A DNA stretch of 60,289 bases, counting the filler. It is 4 parts of 4 records of this genome, joined end to end, with 100 filler letters (N's around TTAATTAATTAA, not from the genome) between each part and the next. Parts side by side here need not be neighbours in the genome. Positions count along the whole stretch, not along the records: positions 23,960 to 36,075 come from SRR31156797_8987; positions 36,176 to 50,570 come from SRR31156797_8992; 2 more parts are not named here. One strand, given 5' to 3'. Made by a program: the position numbers and the translations under genes. The notes beneath the pieces are model-generated. The model saw nothing but the letters and a program-made list of their open reading frames with translations, searched no databases and was not told the origin of the DNA. Below are positions 31,407-40,651 of the stretch, one piece after another; position 1 is the stretch's first letter; each line of letters starts with the position of its first letter.

Positions 31407-32648
31407 TTAACCTCGTTGTAACGTCATATGAATCGTGCTAATTGCCCTTGCGTTGAACCCACCTTCGCAATAACAAAAATAGTAACGCCACATGCGAATA
31501 AACCGTTCGTCGTAGCCTAATAACGACACTTGATCTAAAGCTTCTTCAAATCGTAAACGCCAGTCTTTCAACGTTTTTGCGTAATCTAAACCGATATCAA
31601 ACACGTCTCTGGTAACAAAATCACTGTGCTGGGTCGCCATTTGGGTCAGAACGGTAACCGATGGAAGAAAACCTCCCGGGAAAATATATTTCTGAATGAA
31701 ATCCACATTGTTACTGTAATAGTCGTAACGCTGATCAGCGATGGTAATGGCCTGAATTGCCATCAAACCTTTAGGCTTAAGCAGCGACTGACATTTCTGG
31801 ATATATGATTTCAAATATTGCTTACCGACTGCTTCAATCATCTCAATCGAAACAAGTTTGTCGTACTGCCCTTCCAGTAAGCGATAATCTTTTTTAAGTA
31901 ACGTGATTCGGTCAGCCAGATTCAACTTATCAATTTGCTCGCGAGCGTAAGCATGTTGCTCTTCTGATATGGTGGTGGTAGTCACTTTGCACCCATAGGT
32001 TTGTGCCATATAAATCGCCATACCGCCCCACCCAGTGCCGATCTCGATGACATGGTCGGTTGGTTTGAGATCCAACTGCTGACAAAGGCGTTCCATCTTA
32101 TTAATTTGAGCCTGTTCTAAGCTGTCGTTAGAAGCGTTATACAAGCCGCTTGAATAGAGCATATTTTTGTCTAAGAACGTTTTGTAGAGGTCATTACCCA
32201 GATCATAGTGCGCTTCAATGTTCTCTTTGGCTCGGTCAATGGAGTTTCGATTAAACCAATGACCCATTTTGTATGCCAACTGAGTCAGCCAATTGCTGCG
32301 CTTTTCAATTCTGTCTAAAGCACTGGCATTTAGGGCCATGAGCTCCATCAATGCCGTTAAATTAGGGCTATCCCACCAACCGTCGATATAAGCTTCGGCC
32401 GCTGCGATACTGCCGCCTTTAAGCAACCGAGAGTAAAACTCAGGATGTTTCACCCAAATGACGGCATGAGGTTCATCGTCATTCTTTTTGCCAAATTGCT
32501 GCTGATGAGTATTTTGCTCTGAAAACGATTCAACAATCGACAAACTGCCCACATCCAAATATTGCAAACACTTAAATGCAACGCTGCGAGCGCTTTTTTG
32601 CCATGTAGACAGGCTGGTTGGCATATCCATAGAAGTCACATTTAGCAT
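31407..32648 (-). CDS. cfa: Cyclopropane-fatty-acyl-phospholipid synthase-family SAM methyltransferase
   Basis: NIEAHYDLGND, MLYSSG, EIGTGWGG, SIEMIEAVG, DFIQKYIFPGG, RMWRYYFCYCEGGF. Confidence 0.9.
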   Translation of the reverse strand: MLNVTSMDMPTSLSTWQKSARSVAFKCLQYLDVGSLSIVESFSEQNTHQQQFGKKNDDEPHAVIWVKHPEFYSRLLKGGSIAAAEAYIDGWWDSPNLTALMELMALNASALDRIEKRSNWLTQLAYKMGHWFNRNSIDRAKENIEAHYDLGNDLYKTFLDKNMLYSSGLYNASNDSLEQAQINKMERLCQQLDLKPTDHVIEIGTGWGGMAIYMAQTYGCKVTTTTISEEQHAYAREQIDKLNLADRITLLKKDYRLLEGQYDKLVSIEMIEAVGKQYLKSYIQKCQSLLKPKGLMAIQAITIADQRYDYYSNNVDFIQKYIFPGGFLPSVTVLTQMATQHSDFVTRDVFDIGLDYAKTLKDWRLRFEEALDQVSLLGYDERFIRMWRYYFCYCEGGFNARAISTIHMTLQRG

Positions 32649-33424
32649 TGCGTATTCTCCTTACTACTGTTCTGTTTCTGTTGTGTTTTATTTTTAGGAT
32701 GATCGTAGATAGGCACACCTTTCACCCATAGCTTTAATGCATGCCAATAAATACCTAAAGTCACCTTGACAGCCATGACGGGTGTTTTTAGCAATAGCCA
32801 CAATAAGTTGTGTGAAGTGAAAGTCATGGCCTTCATTGCCATCGTAGCGTCAAACACTTTTTCATCGCGGTGGCACTCCAAGTGCACCATCAAGGAATTG
32901 GAAATGGGTTTTAGCCGCCAATGATATTGCTGGTCTATCGGGTTAAATGGCGATACATGGAAAGCTTTGTCATGCTGCCACTCCTTATTATCAACGCCTT
33001 TTTCCGCAGGGATCGCGTAGTAATGATGCTCATTCCATGGCGTATTACTGACTTCAGCTAGTAAATATTTCCATTCATCATTTGAATCATAAAGATAGTA
33101 AAAGTTGACCGGGCTGAAATAGATACCGAGATACCGAAGATGAACAACCGCCAACACTCGGCCTTCAATACGCTTACCAGTCAGTTCAAAGACTTTGTCC
33201 TGAATGGACTGCTTCAAGTCTCCTTGACCAAGGTAATCTTCTCTGCGAAAACGAGCCCAGTGCCACCATTTATCACCCAAGCCCCAGACTTGTTGCGAGA
33301 GTTGTGACCACTCATCTAGGTCGATACAAGGCATAAACAGTGAGTATTTCAACTGATGTTTTTTTGGAGTAAAACGTCGATGCCTTACATCGCCGACAAA
33401 AATGGTACTGTTGAGTGAAGACAT
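32642..33424 (-). CDS. DUF1365-family protein (UfaO-like)
   Basis: G.VRHRRFTP..H, FSPVNFYY, AEVSNTPWNE.H.Y, KAFHVSPF, IYWHALKLW.KG.P..HP. Confidence 0.88.
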   Translation of the reverse strand: MSSLNSTIFVGDVRHRRFTPKKHQLKYSLFMPCIDLDEWSQLSQQVWGLGDKWWHWARFRREDYLGQGDLKQSIQDKVFELTGKRIEGRVLAVVHLRYLGIYFSPVNFYYLYDSNDEWKYLLAEVSNTPWNEHHYYAIPAEKGVDNKEWQHDKAFHVSPFNPIDQQYHWRLKPISNSLMVHLECHRDEKVFDATMAMKAMTFTSHNLLWLLLKTPVMAVKVTLGIYWHALKLWVKGVPIYDHPKNKTQQKQNSSKENTQC

Positions 33425-34701
33425 TAGGCTGCTCCCTGCAACTTAGACTCGCACACTCGTTCAATATGACTCACTACATCCAAAGCACTGCGTACACCAT
33501 CTTCGTGGAACCCGTTATGCCAATACGCTCCACAGAACCAAGTATGATTAACACCGCTAATTTCTGCTCTACGTTGCTGCGCCTTAATTGACTCTTCCGT
33601 AAACACTGGGTGGTCATAGACAAAGCTGCGGAGTATCTTGCTAGGATCAATATCTTTACTGCTATTAAGTGAAACACAGAATGTTTCCGGAGCATTGATA
33701 TGCTGCAAAATATTCATGTTGTAAGTTAACGAAGGCAACCGTGAATCTTGTCCCTGTTCCCCTCTCAACCAATAGTTCCAAGAAGCCCATGCAGCTTTAC
33801 GTTTTGGTAATAGACGAGTATCGGTATGCAGAATGACTTCGTTAGCCTGATAGCCAAGGTTTGACAGAATTTGCTGCTCTGATTCCGAAGGGTCTTCAAG
33901 CATAGCAAGGGCTTGATCGCTGTGGCAGGCAAAAATGACTTCATCAAACCATTCCGTTTGTCCGCAACTCGTCACTTCTACGCCGCCAGCAACGCGCTTC
34001 ACTTTTTCGACTGGTGAACTGGTACGTATCTTATCTTTGAAGCCTTGTGTTAATGGCTCGATATAACTACGCGAACCACCTTGAATAACATTCCATTTCG
34101 GGCGGTTAGTGATATCTAACAAACCGTGATTGAGAAAGAAGCGTAAGAAAAAAGTCAAAGGGAAAGCTCGCATATCCGCCAGTGAAGAGGACCAAATCGC
34201 AGCCCCCATTGGCAATATATAATTCTCACAAAAGTAATGTGAAAAGCCATGATAATTAAGGAATTGCCCCAGCGTCTGTAAGTTGACTTCGGCTACGTTC
34301 GCTTCCTGTTTCGCGAGTTTGTTAAAACGCAGAATCTCGTAAATAAAGTGATAAAAACGAGGGTTTAACCAGTTACGTTTCTGAGCAAACAGTGTTGTTA
34401 CCGTATGCCCATTATATTCCAGTCCGTTAGCGTCATTCCGAACACTGAAACTCATTTCTGTTGGCGTCGTTTTTACGCCCAGCTCAGTCATTAGTTGAAT
34501 AAAATTGGGATAGGTTCGGTCGTTGTAGACGATGAATCCAGTATCCACAGGGTATGTTTTCCCTTGCAACTCAATATCAACCGTAGCTGTATGACCGCCG
34601 ATATAATCATTCGCCTCATACACGGTAACATCGTGCTGTTTGTGCAAATAGTAACCGCAACTTAATCCAGAAATTCCAGTACCGATAATCGCAATTTTCA
34701 T
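33424..34701 (-). CDS. FAD-dependent oxidoreductase (amine-oxidase family, UfaD-like)
   Basis: IAIIGTGISGL, GGHTAT, VDTGFIVYNDRTYPNF, AWASWNY, GFHEDG. Confidence 0.88.
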   Translation of the reverse strand: MKIAIIGTGISGLSCGYYLHKQHDVTVYEANDYIGGHTATVDIELQGKTYPVDTGFIVYNDRTYPNFIQLMTELGVKTTPTEMSFSVRNDANGLEYNGHTVTTLFAQKRNWLNPRFYHFIYEILRFNKLAKQEANVAEVNLQTLGQFLNYHGFSHYFCENYILPMGAAIWSSSLADMRAFPLTFFLRFFLNHGLLDITNRPKWNVIQGGSRSYIEPLTQGFKDKIRTSSPVEKVKRVAGGVEVTSCGQTEWFDEVIFACHSDQALAMLEDPSESEQQILSNLGYQANEVILHTDTRLLPKRKAAWASWNYWLRGEQGQDSRLPSLTYNMNILQHINAPETFCVSLNSSKDIDPSKILRSFVYDHPVFTEESIKAQQRRAEISGVNHTWFCGAYWHNGFHEDGVRSALDVVSHIERVCESKLQGAA

Positions 34702-34714
34702 CTTCTAATCCTTT

Positions 34715-35440
34715 CTAAGATCGAAACAGTTGGCTGTTAATAGCGTGCTGCCAGGCATAAGGTAGGCTACCTATTACACGCAGTATCCAAGTAAAACGTT
34801 TAGGGAAATAAATGTTTGATTGCCCCTTTGCTAAGCCTTTACGAATGGCTTCTGAGGCCTCTTCAACCGTAATAATCATAGGCATAGGGAAAGTATTTTT
34901 GTCCGTCAGTGGCGTGGCAACGAATCCGGGATAGATAGTTGAAACTTCAATGCCTTGCGTTTTCCAGTCTAACCTCAGTGCTCGAGCCAGATAACTGACC
35001 GCTGCTTTTGATGCGCCATACGCTTCCGCTCTTGGCAGAGCAACTTCGCTGGCAATCGAACCAACAATGGCGACCCGGTGACCCGATGACAAATGTGATT
35101 GAATGGCTTGTATAACGTTTGTAAGCCCAAGGACATTGGTCTGAAAAACACGTGACACCAATTGTGAATCCATCTGACCATTATCTATGTACTCACAATT
35201 ACCCGCGTTTAGAATCCAAAGTGAAGGAATGAAAGGCAGAGTTGAAAGCGCATTCGTTGATTGTTCAACGTCAGTAATATCGAAATTTAGCCCGACAACG
35301 TTGCTGTAACGTTCAATAAGTTTGTTTAACGCTTCTGCATTTCTGCCGCAAGCAATCACATCCCAGCCTTGCCGCGCGTAATCTTCGGCAAGCTGATATC
35401 CGATCCCTGAGGTCGCTCCGGTAATTAGCACTTGTTTCAT
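34715..35440 (-). CDS. Short-chain dehydrogenase/reductase
   Basis: ITGATSGIG, LNAG, YGASK, PGFVATPLT. Confidence 0.9.
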   Translation of the reverse strand: MKQVLITGATSGIGYQLAEDYARQGWDVIACGRNAEALNKLIERYSNVVGLNFDITDVEQSTNALSTLPFIPSLWILNAGNCEYIDNGQMDSQLVSRVFQTNVLGLTNVIQAIQSHLSSGHRVAIVGSIASEVALPRAEAYGASKAAVSYLARALRLDWKTQGIEVSTIYPGFVATPLTDKNTFPMPMIITVEEASEAIRKGLAKGQSNIYFPKRFTWILRVIGSLPYAWQHAINSQLFRS

Positions 35441-35856
35441 TTCCCTAACCTCTGCTTAATCGCTCGGATTACTGAACCCAACAATGGCAATTGCTCATAC
35501 AGCATTTCACCAAGGTCAAAATAATCACGGTGATAAACCACTTTTCCATCGTCGAACTTTAAGTGGCTAATACCTTTCACGTTGACCTGATTCCCTCCCG
35601 CAAGGCGTGGATGCTGCAGTTGCATCGTCCAAGTGAGAAACCCAGCACTACCGCATTGATACTGCTCAGCAATATCAAACTCACAACGGTCAACATTCTG
35701 ATAAAGGTTCTGAAAATAGCTCAGTAACGCGCCATAGCCCTCAATACGATGCGCGGCATCTTCAAACACGATGTTCGAATGATAGATCTGCTCTAATCGA
35801 CTCAGGTTCTCTTTGTTAAGCTCACTATAAAAACGCGCTACGGTATGGATATCCAT
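35437..35856 (-). CDS. SnoaL/NTF2-like protein
   Basis: Y...I.FED, HPRLAGG, YHRDYFDLGEMLYEQLPLLG. GAGGT ribosome-binding site precedes ATG 35856/35859. Confidence 0.82.
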   Translation of the reverse strand: MDIHTVARFYSELNKENLSRLEQIYHSNIVFEDAAHRIEGYGALLSYFQNLYQNVDRCEFDIAEQYQCGSAGFLTWTMQLQHPRLAGGNQVNVKGISHLKFDDGKVVYHRDYFDLGEMLYEQLPLLGSVIRAIKQRLGK

Positions 35857-35871
35857 CATTACCTCTATAAC

Positions 35872-35954
35872 TATACAAAAATAAATCTCGTACAACTTAA
35901 ATTTAGGATAGCGCATACAGAAAAAGTTGTACAAATTTTTTTTTGTACAACTTT
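35872..35954. promoter_or_regulatory. TGTACA-box cluster with perfect 13-bp inverted repeat (putative repressor operator of the cfa operon)
   Basis: AAAGTTGTACAAA (35923-35935) / TTTGTACAACTTT (35942-35954). Further TACA cores at 35874, 35891 and 35916. Confidence 0.55.
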
Positions 35955-35994
35955 GTAAACGAAAGTAATTAAGGGTATGACTAAAAAAGGCACG

Positions 35995-36019
35995 AAAAAG
36001 CCAGCTCGATGGCTGGCTT
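35995..36019 (-). terminator. Intrinsic terminator of an upstream gene outside the contig
   Basis: Minus strand AAGCCAGC-CATCGA-GCTGGCTTTTT. Confidence 0.6.
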
Positions 36020-36032
36020 GATAGACTTAAGG

Positions 36033-36075
36033 TTAGGGTCTGTTAACCTTTTGCGATGATTTTTGCAGCAATTTG
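36033..36075. repeat. End of a Vibrionaceae-type interspersed repeat/MITE, cut by contig end
   Basis: TTAGGGTCTGTTAACCTTTTGCGATGATTTTTGCAGCAATTTG resembles, from memory, the terminus of a multicopy marine-gammaproteobacterial element. The assembly breaks inside it. Confidence 0.45.
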
Positions 36076-36175
36076 NNNNNNNNNNNNNNNNNNNNNNNNN
36101 NNNNNNNNNNNNNNNNNNNTTAATTAATTAANNNNNNNNNNNNNNNNNNNNNNNNNNNNNNNNNNNNNNNNNNNN
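36076..36175. other. Artificial contig linker
   Basis: 44 N + TTAATTAATTAA + 44 N. Confidence 0.99.
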
Positions 36176-36177
36176 TT

Positions 36178-36305
36178 CACCCCTAAATCCCCTAAAGGGG
36201 ACTTTTGACAAGTGTTTTTTAAACCTCTTTATGGTACCGAAAGCCTTCGGAATAGCTTTATCAAACACCCCTCTGCCTATCGGCATCTCCCCCAAAAGGG
36301 GAGAA
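36178..36305. repeat. REP-like palindromic elements at contig start
   Basis: CCCCTAAATCCCCTAAAGGGGAC, CCGAAAGCCTTCGG and ACACCCCTCTGCCTATCGGCATCTCCCCCAAAAGGGGAGA. The last has a second copy at 50541-50570. Confidence 0.65.
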
Positions 36306-36351
36306 CCATACAATACAGATGGTCTTGTAAATCGTAATTGTTAATTCGTAA

Positions 36352-38166
36352 TTAATCATTGAATACTTTCATATAGGTTTCCATATCCTTATCACCTCGC
36401 CCGGATAGATTGAGCACCACCACATCATCGGATTTGAATTCCATTTTTTCAAGAACAGCCAGGGCGTGTGCCGATTCCAATGCAGGAATGATTCCTTCTG
36501 TTTCTGCCAATACTTTTGCAGCATCCAGTGCTTCCTTATCTGTCACGGATAAAAATTCAGCTCTTCCTGATACCGCCAAATGAGCATGTAAAGGTCCCAC
36601 TCCCGGATAATCCAAACCCGCTGAAATAGAGTAAGGTTCGGTAATTTGTCCGTCGCCATCCTGCATTAGCATAGTTTTACTTCCGTGAATAAAGCCCACA
36701 TCGCCAATGGTAATGGTAGCAGCAGTTTCACCACTCTCCACTCCCATTCCTGAAGCCTCAACAGCAACCAGCTTCACATCTTTCTCATCTAAATAATGAT
36801 AGAATGCCCCGGCAGCATTGCTTCCACCGCCTACGCAGGCAATCACATAGTTAGGATTCGGGTTTCCATTTTCTTTCTTCAATTGCTCACGAATTTCTTC
36901 GGATATGATGGATTGCAAGCGGGTCACCAAGTCGGGATAAGGATGCGGACCAACCACTGATCCAATCAGGTAAAAGGATTCCGGATTGGCAATCCAGTCG
37001 CGAATGGCTTCGTTAGTGGCATCTTTCAGGGTTTGATTGCCCGAAATTGCCGGAACCACTTTCGCTCCCAACATTTTCATTCGAGCCACGTTTGGTGCTT
37101 GTCGTTCCACATCCAAAGCGCCCATATAAACAATGCATTCCAATCCGAATAGAGCACAAACCGTAGCCGTTGCCACACCATGCTGTCCTGCACCTGTTTC
37201 CGCAATAATACGTTTCTTACCCATGTATTTAGCCAGCAAGATTTGCCCAATGGTATTGTTGATTTTATGTGCCCCGGTATGGGTTAAATCTTCTCGTTTC
37301 AGGTAGATATTTGTTCCATATCGTTTCGACAAGTTCCCTGCTTTAGTCAATGGTGTTGGTCGCCCCACATAATTATCAAGCAGTCGACTGTAGTCCTTTT
37401 TGAACTGCTCAGAGTTCAGTATTTTCAGGTAATTCTCCTGCAATTCGTCCACATTAGCTCTCAACAGTTCCGGAATATAGGCTCCTCCGAACTCCCCATA
37501 ATAACCTCTCTCGTCAACCGCATATTTTGTTTTACTCATCTTAATATTTTCTATTTTCTCTACGAATTTCTCTAGCTGATCCGCATTCTTTACTGCAGGT
37601 TCCAGCTCAAAACCAGAATTCACATCTAAGGCATATAACTTATCGTGAGTGAATTTATTGATTCGTTCGCTGTCCTGTGCACCGATTCCACCACTCAGGA
37701 AAAATGGTGTATTTCCCTTGTATTGATTCAAAATGCTCCAATTGAATTTTCGCCCACTACCCCCGTAATCTTTTGTCTTGGTATCAAACAAGAAATAATT
37801 GCAGCCCTCTTCATATGTTTTCAAGTTCTCAAACTGAAAGTTCTCATCCACCTGAAATGCCTTAATCACCTCAAAACCTGCACTTTTTACTTGCTTACAA
37901 AATTCAGGAGTTTCATTTCCATGTAATTGTATGGCATCCAGCTGATACTGCTCTCCTATTTGTAGCAATTCATTGATATTCTTATTCACAAACACCCCAA
38001 CTTTATGAACGGACTTTGGCAATGTACTTGCACTCTCTGCATCAAATTCGGCACCGACATATCTAGGTGATTTCGGATAAAATATAAAGCCTGCATAATC
38101 GATTGGCAATTGTGCCAGCTCCTGAATGTTCTTCTTGTATTTTAAACCACAAACTTTAATTTTCAT
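36352..38166 (-). CDS. trpB: In-frame fusion of phosphoribosylanthranilate isomerase TrpF (38166-37540) and tryptophan synthase beta chain TrpB (37539-36352)
   Basis: TrpF part: [41 protein letters not shown]. It runs without a stop into Trp[56 protein letters not shown]. Confidence 0.9.
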   Translation of the reverse strand: MKIKVCGLKYKKNIQELAQLPIDYAGFIFYPKSPRYVGAEFDAESASTLPKSVHKVGVFVNKNINELLQIGEQYQLDAIQLHGNETPEFCKQVKSAGFEVIKAFQVDENFQFENLKTYEEGCNYFLFDTKTKDYGGSGRKFNWSILNQYKGNTPFFLSGGIGAQDSERINKFTHDKLYALDVNSGFELEPAVKNADQLEKFVEKIENIKMSKTKYAVDERGYYGEFGGAYIPELLRANVDELQENYLKILNSEQFKKDYSRLLDNYVGRPTPLTKAGNLSKRYGTNIYLKREDLTHTGAHKINNTIGQILLAKYMGKKRIIAETGAGQHGVATATVCALFGLECIVYMGALDVERQAPNVARMKMLGAKVVPAISGNQTLKDATNEAIRDWIANPESFYLIGSVVGPHPYPDLVTRLQSIISEEIREQLKKENGNPNPNYVIACVGGGSNAAGAFYHYLDEKDVKLVAVEASGMGVESGETAATITIGDVGFIHGSKTMLMQDGDGQITEPYSISAGLDYPGVGPLHAHLAVSGRAEFLSVTDKEALDAAKVLAETEGIIPALESAHALAVLEKMEFKSDDVVVLNLSGRGDKDMETYMKVFND

Positions 38167-38183
38167 TGCTTTTGATTTTATAT

Positions 38184-38231
38184 GGACACGACATGTCCTA
38201 TTGTTGAGGACACGTCGTGGCGTGTCCCTAC
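38184..38231 (-). repeat. GTAG-type REP element(s) between trpC and trpF
   Basis: Minus strand GTAG-GGACACG-CCACGA-CGTGTCC, then a degenerate TAGGACATGTCGTGTCC. The GTAG contains the trpC TAG stop. Confidence 0.65.
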
Positions 38232-39022
38232 GAAATTTGTTTGATGAATTCGGTACAGGCATCACCGGGTGATTCCTGTTTCATGAAATGCTCGCCCATT
38301 AAAAATGCCTGAAAACCTTTGTTTCTCATCTCTTTTACGATTTCGGCACTGCTCAATCCACTTTCTGCTACTCGAATCATATCTTCGGGTAATTTTGCTG
38401 CCAACTGAATCGACTTTTCTGTATCAACGGTAAAATCTTTTAAATTTCTATTGTTGATTCCTACCAAATCCACGAATTTATTCACATGTTCCAGCTCAGA
38501 TTCATCATGCAGTTCCAACAAAACTTCCATGCCCAATTCTTTGGATATAAAAGCAAAATCCTTGCATCGTTGCGGACTTAGAATGGCAGCAATTAACAGA
38601 ATAACATCAGCGCCCATGGCTTTTGATTGATAGATCTGATAAGGATCTACTATGAACTCTTTTCTCAGCAATGGAATGTTCAATTCATTTCTTGCAGCAC
38701 TGAAATCCTGAGATTTAGCACCAAAGAAACTCTCATCGGTCAATACCGAAACCATTGATGCACCAGCTGCCTGGTATTTTTCCACCACATCCTCTGGCTT
38801 TGAAAGTCTGTTAATCACACCTTTTGATGGCGACTGACGCTTGAATTCGGCTATCACACCTGATGCTCCTTTTTGAGTAATCGATTTTTTTGCAGAATAG
38901 CATTTACGTTTGAAGTTTGGCTCCGTCATCAATTGAAAAATAGGATTTTCCATCTTCTCCACTGCCACTTCAGCCAGCTTACGCTGCACAATTCGATCTA
39001 ATATATTTGGCTTACTACGCAT
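38228..39022 (-). CDS. trpC: Indole-3-glycerol phosphate synthase
   Basis: [43 protein letters not shown]. Confidence 0.95.
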   Translation of the reverse strand: MRSKPNILDRIVQRKLAEVAVEKMENPIFQLMTEPNFKRKCYSAKKSITQKGASGVIAEFKRQSPSKGVINRLSKPEDVVEKYQAAGASMVSVLTDESFFGAKSQDFSAARNELNIPLLRKEFIVDPYQIYQSKAMGADVILLIAAILSPQRCKDFAFISKELGMEVLLELHDESELEHVNKFVDLVGINNRNLKDFTVDTEKSIQLAAKLPEDMIRVAESGLSSAEIVKEMRNKGFQAFLMGEHFMKQESPGDACTEFIKQIS

Positions 39023-39027
39023 CTCTC

Positions 39028-40014
39028 CTAATTTGTCAAATTCTTTAAAACCTGGTAAGCACTTCCCGAATCCAATGATTCAACCGCTCTGCCAATAGCA
39101 TCTTCACGACTAATCTCAGGATGCATACAATGAATTGCCAAACCTGCATTTCTGGTCACCACCGCGTTCTGAGCTTCGCTACCATTCCCCTTCAGGATAT
39201 CCGTAAAGATTTTTGCCGCCTCTGCAACTGTTTCTCCACCATACAATTCCTCTGGTTGCAACCTTCTTTTCCCCAAATCCTCTGGCTCGAGTAACTCTTC
39301 AATTCCATTTCCAATCAACTTTACCTTATCGGTCAGGGAAACCTCATCGTAACCATCAATTCCGTGAATAATCGTATACTTTGAATCGGTCTTCTGTAAA
39401 AGATACTGATATAATCTGGCTAGCTCCAAATCAAATACGCCAACAATCTGATGTTTTGGTTTTGATGGATTTACTAATGGTCCCAACATATTAAAGAAGG
39501 TTCTCACGCCCAAATCGCGACGAATGGGCGCAATATTCTTCATAGCAGGATTGAACAATGGTGCATGCAAAAAGCAAATTCCCGACTTGTCTAAATCACG
39601 CTTTAAATCTTCTTCCTTGCTCTTGAACTGATAACCCAAATGTTCGATTACATTAGATGATCCGCAGAGGGAAGAAACACCATAGTTCCCATGCTTAGTC
39701 ACCATCTCTCCTGCTCCGGCAACTACAAATGATGCTAGTGTTGAAATATTAAAGGTATTTTTTCCATCACCTCCGGTTCCACACAAATCCACACCATTGT
39801 ATTCCGAAAGATCTACTGGAATACACAGTTCGAGCAAAGCCTCTCTAAATCCTGTTAGTTCATCAACCGTGATACTTCTCATCATGAAAACGGTTAGAAA
39901 AGATGTGATTTGAAATTCGTTAAATTCTCCCTGAGCAATTTGGATCAGCACTTCTTTGGCTTCTTCTCTTTTTAAGGTCTTGTGTTCAAATAGATGTTGT
40001 AATATATTTTTCAT
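39028..40014 (-). CDS. trpD: Anthranilate phosphoribosyltransferase
   Basis: DLCGTGGDGKNTFNIST, KHGN, RTFFNMLGPLVNP, DGYDE. Confidence 0.96.
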   Translation of the reverse strand: MKNILQHLFEHKTLKREEAKEVLIQIAQGEFNEFQITSFLTVFMMRSITVDELTGFREALLELCIPVDLSEYNGVDLCGTGGDGKNTFNISTLASFVVAGAGEMVTKHGNYGVSSLCGSSNVIEHLGYQFKSKEEDLKRDLDKSGICFLHAPLFNPAMKNIAPIRRDLGVRTFFNMLGPLVNPSKPKHQIVGVFDLELARLYQYLLQKTDSKYTIIHGIDGYDEVSLTDKVKLIGNGIEELLEPEDLGKRRLQPEELYGGETVAEAAKIFTDILKGNGSEAQNAVVTRNAGLAIHCMHPEISREDAIGRAVESLDSGSAYQVLKNLTN

Positions 40015-40024
40015 TTTTCAAATT

Positions 40025-40080
40025 AGATTTGAGATGTGAGATATAAGATTTTTTTACTTGGAGCTTGATACTTGGAGCTT
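40025..40080. repeat. Two 7-bp-periodic arrays in the trpG-trpD spacer
   Basis: AGAT at 40025/40032/40039/40046; CTT(G) at 40057/40064/40071/40078. Confidence 0.75.
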
Positions 40081-40648
40081 AATACCTCAGCCAATTCTCC
40101 ATCATCTTCATTCCATCAGGGGTTAACACGGATTCAGGATGAAACTGAACGCCTTCTACATCCAATTCTTTGTGCCGAATTCCCATAATTGCTCCTTCCG
40201 AATCACGACAAGTAATCTCTAAACAGTCTGGCAAGTCTTTTTCCACTACATTCCAGGAATGATATCTACCCGCTTTAAATTCAGAATCGATTCCTTCCAA
40301 AACTCCTTTATTTGATTCAGTTCGATACACCGAGGTACTCACTCCATGATAAACCTCGTTCAAGTTCTCTATGCTACCTCCAAAAACTTCAGCAATAGCT
40401 TGTTCTCCCAGACACACACCCAGTATCGATTTCGTAGCTGCGTATTCACGAATCACCTCTTTCAGCACACCAGCTTCATCAGGAATTCCAGGTCCGGGTG
40501 AAAGCAAGATCTTATCATATTTTGCAACCTCACTCAATTCAATCTCCCTGTTTCGATACACATCAATATCTTCAGCTCCAAGCTTACGCAGATATTCAAC
40601 CAAATTGTAGGTAAATGAATCGTAATTGTCTAATACCAATATCTTCAT
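40079..40648 (-). CDS. trpG: Anthranilate synthase component II (glutamine amidotransferase)
   Basis: DNYDSFTYNL, LSPGPG, LGVCLG, RYHS, GVQFHPES. Confidence 0.95.
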   Translation of the reverse strand: MKILVLDNYDSFTYNLVEYLRKLGAEDIDVYRNREIELSEVAKYDKILLSPGPGIPDEAGVLKEVIREYAATKSILGVCLGEQAIAEVFGGSIENLNEVYHGVSTSVYRTESNKGVLEGIDSEFKAGRYHSWNVVEKDLPDCLEITCRDSEGAIMGIRHKELDVEGVQFHPESVLTPDGMKMMENWLRY

Positions 40649-40651
40649 AGC

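Noticed and set aside
36128-36313. ORFs running into N-linkers (36128-36313, 50619-50900, and the tail of 50623-51108)
   Set aside because: Their stops come from the artificial TTAATTAATTAA linker. The first ORF is just translated REP-like sequence.
36176-36351. Claim that trpA is missing from the genome
   Set aside because: The contig ends 176 nt after trpB within repeats, so trpA may lie on the next contig.
38167-38265. 33-aa N-terminal extension of the TrpF-TrpB ORF
   Set aside because: It overlaps the trpC end and the REP element. TrpF homology begins at ATG 38166.
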